From the NCBI GenBank assembly GCA_025786725.1, contig JAHLTZ010000002.1, positions 930,001 through 994,000 of the forward strand: a stretch of 64,000 nucleotides of DNA, read 5' to 3'. Position numbers and translations under genes: made by a program. This stretch comes from Syncephalis fuscata S228 (Eukaryota; Fungi; Zoopagomycota). Below the pieces are notes generated by a model. The model worked only from the letters and a program-made list of their open reading frames with translations. It did no database searches and had not been told where the DNA came from. Of the stretch, positions 56,763 through 64,000 are shown piece by piece; within the stretch, counting starts at the first letter, position 1, and every line of letters begins with the position of its first letter.

Positions 56763-57299
56763 TTGAATATAAACCAAAAATTAAATTGCTTTTGTGCGTT
56801 GAAATGCATTATTTGTACTATTCGCTCGTTTGAACAAGAATAAATCATTTCTAAAATTTGAATAAGCTGATACATGCATTATTCTATTATCTAGTAATGG
56901 CATTGTTTTGAAACCGACATTCAACATTAAAATTTAATTGTATGGATTACGTGTGATTCCTCAGTTCATTTTGGATGCAATTCGTACAGCAATGACTATG
57001 ATGCTGAAATTGTTAACACCATTTCTTAATTTATACTATTTGTAAATTACGTAACAGAAAGCTACATAGAGTATTGCCTTCTTGTACTAATAAAAATTAA
57101 GATGAGCGTATTATTTTCAAACTATTTCTTTTAATCTTGGCATCACACAACCTTGCGGCAGTCCAATTCTATTTAATATAAATTTTTGCTAAAATAGCTT
57201 GTTCTATCAACATCATAATTTTTTCGCACATTGTTGATCATTACTGTATCTATCAGTATTTTTATTTGCATAAGCATAGACCTATTCACATTTATATTG

Positions 57300-57800
57300 T
57301 GTTTGGTAATTGTGATTATCCAATTCTTTTAATACTAAAAAATTGTAATTGTGCACTTCACCAAAAATTGCTTTAATATGATCTGGATTGGCAGATCTGG
57401 GTATTACTGATGTATCGCGTGCTAAAGCCCAATTAATAAGCACTTGCACTGGCGTGCAGCCGTGCTTCTCCGCAATAGATGTGATAATCGGTCCCAATTG
57501 CAATATTGCACCCTGAGATCCAAGTAGACTATACGCCGTCATGTGTATACCTTTGCTATGGCAAATTTAACCAATTCGTCTTGTGGCAACTATGGATGTA
57601 ATTCGACTTGATTGACGGCCGACACCACGTGTGCACTAGCAAGCAAACGTCCAAATGGCTAATAATAAAGTTGGAAACGCTAATAGTCTTAAATTTGCCA
57701 GTTTCTAATAGATCATAATATATAGATATATGTGCATATGCTCAAGTAATAAAATGGTTACATACCTCCATTGCTCGCCAAGTATCGACAAAGTTGTTTT
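57300..57800 (-). pseudogene. Aldo-keto reductase fragment
   Basis: DTWRAME, SVSNF, VNQVELHP*, TAYSLLGS, QVLINWA, VIPRS; in-frame TAG, two frameshifts, altered conserved residues and no N-terminal half seen. Confidence 0.8.
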
Positions 57801-59078
57801 TGCAATAACTTCAATAAGCATTTTAGCTTTATTAGTATTTACATCTTTATCATACTAGATAAATTAATGATGTAAATATGACAATTAAATACCAGCAACA
57901 TCTGATTTGTTTAACATAGAAAAAAGCAAGGCATGGCATAAAAGATGGTGCAGTAATCACAATATATTTTTTATTTCTATTTTAATTAAAAACGGCTTTT
58001 TTTGTAGCCATTGATACATTACGATTGATCACATTAGATACAAACACAATTGAACTATTCGTTTTAGCAATAATAGACATATATGCAGTGCCTATATTCA
58101 AGTAAAATGATCTAATGAATAAATTCTAGTGTTTTTACGTTATTTATGATCAATAAATCAACAACATCAATACTCGAGTCCAATGCTTCATTATTGGAAA
58201 TACCACTATGCAACAGCCGATAATTAATAGCAGGAATTAATTGGTAGTAATAAGGCCTAGATTAATGACTGGTAGCACAGGGCTAAAAATGAGCAGGTAA
58301 TTCTTGTAGTTTAAGCGCAATGTAAAGTGGAATGACCAAGTGAACCAATTAATATACTGCATGCTTTAACAATTGCAGCTAGTTTATGCACAACAATATA
58401 GAAATGTAAAAAAAGTACAAGCTCGATTTATTAATGTTAGCTTGTATCGGTGTTGCGCTGCTTGAAAGAGAAATAAAGTAACTTTTATTGACCAGCTATT
58501 AATAAAACTTGTAATCATCTGTGAGGCAAAGAAAATGCAGTTTGTTGTCAAGATAAAACTAATTGTATAAAAAATTATACTGAGGTTTGTTCAAAGGCAA
58601 TGCGCTATTTTACAAGTTATGTGCAGTTTGAAAGGATTCAGGTATTAGGGTCTAGAACGTTTCGGTGAAATCAATAGCAAAAGCACAAAGATACATCGCC
58701 CTTGCTTCCGTAGAACCAACCAATAGACTCAGTTTGCGTCGCATGGTCAAATCATTCACGGCACAGTAACGACTAGTACAAGGATTGCTACCATAGATGT
58801 TCTAGACAATTGAGATTATCGCTTCATCTGAGCAAAAACCAAACAGGCTGAATTAAGGGCCTGACTGCACATTAGCGTGCCATTGGTACATTGATATACG
58901 CATGCTTCAAATCATCATGTGCATACGTTTAAAGACTATCATTGCATGTATAGAATGCACATTGCAGTTATTTACCTATGTCTGTTAAATTGTCATATCA
59001 ATGCATTTTATTGGTTTACACTGTATTCAATGGTATATTCTATAAAATACACCGCTGGTGCTTTAGAATAAATATTAA

Positions 59079-59086
59079 TATAAATA
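59079..59086 (+). promoter_or_regulatory. Putative TATA box of the micro-exon gene
   Basis: TATAAATA about 140 nt upstream of ATG 59223, followed by a G-poor leader. Confidence 0.4.
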
Positions 59087-59222
59087 GCTCATAAAATACA
59101 CACAACTAACCAGCAGTATCATCATCACATTCTGCTTTCTGCCAAATACTCACTCTACCTACTTTATACTACTATACTCTATCGTTCATTCTACTTATTT
59201 GTCTTAACAAATCAATCTCACC

Positions 59223-60633
59223 ATGAAGCTTTCTATTGCCGTCGTCTGCAGCCTCGCCGTGGCCTTTGTAGCCAGTACAACTATGGTGGATGCTAAGCCA
59301 AACCAAGTTCGTCGTGGTATGTTGTAGTTGTAATAGATTTGATATGTTTACTAACACTATGTTCAACCAACGATGGTATTAGCCGGTAAGTTGCGATTAT
59401 CGACTCATTGTTCCAGCACTTACCGTATGTCATCCAAATAATGGACATGGCAAATATAAGGTAAGTGTTGATTGCACATAGCTATTGGCATAATAACTGA
59501 TCGTTGTTTTTAATGTAAAATAATATAAAATATATTGCTGATACTGATATTCTGTATCTATACTAATAGAAAGTAAGTCATTGTTATTAACTGACATGCG
59601 CTAAATATATACCATGCATTTGCATGTTCAATAACTTGTATTAATAGCTCGTAAGTGGCATTGTATATTGATTGGCTATGCACTAAATATATATACGCGC
59701 ACTTTATGGGTTTATAACTTATATTAATAGCTCGTAAGTGGCATTGTATATTAATTGACTATGCACTAAATACATACCATGCATTTTGTGTGTTTGATGA
59801 CTTGTATTAATAGTTCGTGAGTTATTATATATTGATTGACTATGCACTAAATACATATCACGCACTTTGTGTGTTTATAACTTGTATTAACAGCTAGTAA
59901 GTGCATTTTATATTAATTGACTATGCACTAAATATATACCATGCACTTTTGTGTGTTTGATGACTTGTATTAATAGCTCGTAAGTGGCATTGTATATTGA
60001 TTGACTATGCACTAAATACATATCACGCACTTTGTGTGTTTGATAACTTATATTAATAGCTGGTAAGTGGCACTATATATTGATTGACTATGCACTAAAT
60101 ATATATCACGCATTTTGTTTGTTTGATGACTTGTATTAATAGGTCGTGAGTAGTATTATATATTGATTGACTATGCACTAAATACATATCACGCACTTTG
60201 TGTGTTTGATGACTTGTATTAATAGCTGGTAAGTGACATTGTATATTGATTGACTATGCACTAAATATATATCACGCACTTTGTGTGTTTATAACTTGTA
60301 TTAACAGCTAGTAAGTGGCATTTTATATTGATTGACTATGCACTAAATACATATCACGCACTTTGTGTGTTTATAACTTGTATTAATAGCTCGTAAGTGG
60401 CACTATATGTTGATTGACTATGCACTAAATATATATCACACACTTTGTGTGTTTGATGACTTGCATTAATAGCTGGTAAGTGACATTGTATATTGATTGA
60501 CTATGCACTAAATACATATCACGCACTTTGTGTGTTTATAACTTGTATTAACAGCTAGTAAGTAGTATTATATAATGCTAACTTATATGTTAACACATAA
60601 TATTTTATATATTTATGCATGATTATAGACTAA
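59223..60633 (+). CDS. Micro-exon gene for a 46-aa secreted prepro-peptide: one signal exon, fourteen 3-nt exons and a terminal exon
   Basis: Exons 59223-59316, 59383-85 CCG, 59570-72 AAA, 59648-50 CTC, 59731-33 CTC, 59814-16 TTC, 59894-96 CTA, 59977-79 CTC, 60060-62 CTG, 60143-45 GTC, 60226-28 CTG, 60308-10 CTA, 60390-92 CTC, 60473-75 CTG, 60555-57 CTA, 60629-33 ACTAA; each micro-exon is flanked by YAG and GTRAGT. Confidence 0.85.
59573..60557 (+). repeat. Tandem array of twelve ~78-83-bp units; each unit is one intron plus one 3-nt exon
   Basis: Consensus GTAAGTGGCATTGTATATTGATTGACTATGCACTAAATACATATCACGCACTTTGTGTGTTTGATGACTTGTATTAATAG-NTN. Confidence 0.95.
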
Positions 60634-61382
60634 CCGGTGCATTCAAGACATTAGCATTGATAGTATAATTAAACTGCAAGTTACATATATTTTAGGTATA
60701 TATTTGGCAAGAATCAAGATCATTTGACAACTACGCCATTCGGTCCATTCATCTACCAAGTCCCAGCCAATGCCCCCGTTTATTCAACCTTTAATCAATG
60801 GACACATTATATTATCAACAAGTCTGTATTTGTCTGCACATACTCAGCTATGCAAACTTGTAGTAATAAACATATGGTTCCAGCTTAATTATGCTTCATT
60901 AAGCTCTTATAGCTATGTTTACATTCTATTCGCTTACAAAGACTAGCAAACATTAATTAATTAATATATCGACAATAGATTTATTCAAGTGCGTTATGCT
61001 AGTGAACAATGTAAACTAAAGTAACTGTAATGCTATTATCATTCAAATAACAATTTAGTGTTTGATTATTTACAAATTTACTATAAGTACTAAAATTAAA
61101 ATATCAATATTTATCAATATATCTTAGTTCATGAGAATGTAATTAAATTATTTAAAAATATATTTTCCTTATTTTTGTTTGTGCTATTAAACAAATAATG
61201 TATAAACAGACTAATAGTCAACATATTGCGTAAATAATGTTGTATTAAGTTATCAAATTCACGATATAGCTAGCAATATAGTTTATTAATTTAACAGTTC
61301 AGCTGCCATTTGTGCTATTATTTTTGGTTTTCTTGTAGATGTTTCTGAAATAACTCCAATAAATGTTTAATGCCATCTTTAG

Positions 61383-61903
61383 CTATAATTGTTGCTGCTT
61401 TGCAGCAGCTTTAGTGACAATAGGCACAACAAGCGTGCTGACAACAGATCCTGCGGCAAAACCAACAGGGCCAGATAATGCAGTGATACCTGTTGTAACT
61501 CCCATGCCAGCTGCGGCACCTATTGTAGAGCTTGTCGCAGGCGAAGCTAGCTCACCCTTGAACTGAATGGTCTTTTCCTTGATTTTTTTACCAATGCGGC
61601 GAAATGTCTCGTAAGCCTTTCTTTTGAACGATGCCATGTCATTGGCATTTGGGTCATGAAAAGTATTGGCAGTAGGTAGATGTGACTTGCTGCGCAGCTG
61701 ACTAGACTCTTCTTCAGCTTTATGACCAATAGTCTTGAACATTTGATCCAACTCGTTTCCAATCGAGCTAACAGCATTGAATAGCTGGGGAATTGTTTGA
61801 ATTTCAAAACCCTTTGTGAAATAGGAGTTGCTCCTATGATGGCAATTGAAGAATGGATAACGAGCAAAACTGCCAGCAACAAAAGACAATTAAAGGGAAG
61901 CAT
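61383..61903 (-). CDS. Small secreted orphan protein with a C-terminal glycine-zipper segment; apparent 1-nt frameshift at ~61813
   Basis: Signal peptide MLPFNCLLLLAVLLVIHSSIAIIGATP in one frame continues as GFEIQTIPQLF...TIGAAAGMGVTTGITALSGPVGFAAGSVV in the -1 frame. Confidence 0.7.
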
Positions 61904-63045
61904 ATTAGAAGAATGATAGCAGAATAATTATAATTATAATTATCTAATATTTGTTTGTCAAAAATATTGGAAATTATTATATCACAAGCCTAGTGTAAAT
62001 GTTGTAAAAGAAGTTAAATAATAAAGAAAAATTGAATGGTGGAGTCGTCACAGTTAATTCAATAGGCAATAATTAAAGTAGAATATAATAATTGAACCCG
62101 AAGCAATTACAGGCATTAATTTATAGTCTTTCAGTTTCATATTCAATTTTCTATTTAGTTCCAATCCACTAATAACAAATTTCGGTAAAATGAATAGACG
62201 GTTTGAATATACAGCCATAAAATCAAATATTGGCCTATAGCGGCTATTATTTGATTAAAATGAAATAAAAACATGATATTATTCAATAATATATGCTGTA
62301 CACTCTCATAGCTTGCCTTAGAGATGCCTTTTGCTGACCTTACTCGTTTCTTTAAAATCATAAAGCAAATATTAAGGCCTATAATAATCAAACAATCAAC
62401 AGCAATCATGTGCTGTAATTCTCTATTTCATAACTCGACACAAATATTTTATTATTGCAAATAAGCAATCAGTTGCGTTCATATAGCAATTAATTAGCCC
62501 ATTATTATGTAGATAGAATACTGCGTTAAAGTTTTAGCCATGTCTATTGACAAACGAATAATTGTAGGTTTAATTCCAACACATGCCAGGCGTAACATAC
62601 CAACTATTTGCCATGAAATAAACCGGTGACCTAAGCCGTATTGATACAGTCGTTTAATACTAATAGTACACTGCTTCATCTTTATTGTAACACAATCATT
62701 GAATAACCAAAATTGATCTATTATTAGTAGTGTTACAAGCAAAAATGTAGGTGTCATTAGCTATGCTTGTAATTTAGTCAATTATTGGACACGATTGACA
62801 CTATATCGATGCAATTACCATTAGTATGCATTATATAGTCTACGCTGTAAACCATACTATTCTAATAATATTTAACAATAAAATCATTGTGCCATTATGA
62901 ATGTTAATTAAGTGTGTTTATTCATGCATTAATTCGTTAAACTTAAGACAGACACTATTACTACACATCTACTTGTGAACACTATACATTATCACCATTA
63001 ACTAACAAACCACTGTTAATCTGTTTATTAAACACGAGTAAATAA

Positions 63046-64000
63046 TTATATTTCCAAATCATCATCTGGATCTTCTTCATCAAAGTCATCATCGGAATCG
63101 GGTGTATAATATATGGAGGTAACTGCTCCTGCTCCAGTAGTAACAGCAGCAGTATGTTCTATGATTAAACTGATTAGTATTTGATTCAAATACAATGATT
63201 ATTAATACGAGTAAACCAATTACCTTGGGCTTTCAAATAAGGAAGTAGCAACTTGTCTTTTGCCTCCCGTTGCTCATCGGTTAACGTAAGATTAAATGGT
63301 AAATGAGCGGCTGGATTTGACTATAGAATACAATAAATAACACCATTATAAATAGCCATCACTGTATTACCTCTTTTTGAGTAGCACTATTACTACTATT
63401 GTCACCATCATTGTTTGCACCAATAATTGACACTGAGGGTGGTTCGTAAGCTGTCACTTGATCTATATCTCCCTGCGGCTCAAAAGTAATATGTGTTGTC
63501 TGTACTTGGTGTTATAGTCAAATTTATAAAACCTATTAAACACTCACCTCAGTAATTACTTTTCCATTAGACTTTCTATGCGTTAGTGTACATAACAGTG
63601 CATCCAATGAATTACTAGACGATGAAAATCGTGGTACATGTTCTACTAGAAAGGCATCTCCTGTAATACCTCGTGCCTCAGTCAATGAATGGTTAGCAAT
63701 GGATAGTCGCGTAGTGGCTTCTCGTTCCAAATTGGCCAGAAATGGAGCCGTCATTAATCTACTTGATGCATTTGGCTGATTCATTTGTAAATAGACATCA
63801 ACTGGCAGATCTACATGCACACCCATCACCAATTGTCCATTCATTTCTATACAATTGTTAATAGACGTCATTAACACCATTCACTTACTTTCTAGCTGCT
63901 GGCTAATTTGTTTTAATGTTAAAATAAAACTGATGATGATGATGTATTCAATAATAATTCGGTTGTATTTTCCAAAACAACCAAAATATCTATATTTTAC
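63046..64000 (-). CDS. ELP5: Elongator complex subunit 5, 5' part outside the window
   Basis: HRKSNGKVITE and C-terminal LPFNLTLTDEQREAKDKLLLPYLKAQ...IYYTPDSDDDFDEEDPDDDLEI*. Confidence 0.88.

Noticed and set aside
58650-58808. GTCTAGAAC / GTTCTAGAC inverted pair upstream of the micro-exon gene
   Set aside because: Only about 9-11 bp with no target-site duplication; compatible with chance
59573-60557. CRISPR array or plain minisatellite
   Set aside because: Eukaryotic context, no cas genes, variable part only 3 nt; each unit has a donor, branch-like site and acceptor and the triplets form a reading frame

Overview
Gene-dense, AT-rich eukaryotic DNA with many short (about 45-110 nt) GT-AG introns and CTRAY-type branch sites. 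Gene content and style point to an early-diverging fungus, possibly a zoopagalean parasite such as Syncephalis (inference only). About 28 genes can be read: NC2beta, PIG-F/GPI11, RPL29, an orphan 7TM receptor, SGT1, two secreted histidine acid phosphatases, MEMO1, a probable FANCF, a GT61 glycosyltransferase, a carotenoid oxygenase, UGD1, COP1, ERG10, a P450 flanked by a 2.9-kb direct duplication carrying a small secreted protein, CLASP/STU1, ATP20, COX14, VMA12, ATP19, an LRR protein, RAD51C, two Gly-zipper secreted proteins, a GH16 glucanase, an AKR pseudogene and ELP5. The main finding is at 59223-60633 and is invisible in the ORF track. What looks like an ~83-bp minisatellite is a chain of complete introns separated by fourteen 3-nt micro-exons. 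Spliced together they give MKLSIAVVCSLAVAFVASTTMVDAKPNQVRR-AETPLPTPGPATPAN*, a secreted peptide built one codon-length exon at a time; any exon skipping keeps the frame and creates no stop, and there is a possible zero-length (AG|GT) exon. Eight single-base-deficit frameshifts in short base runs are probably assembly errors.
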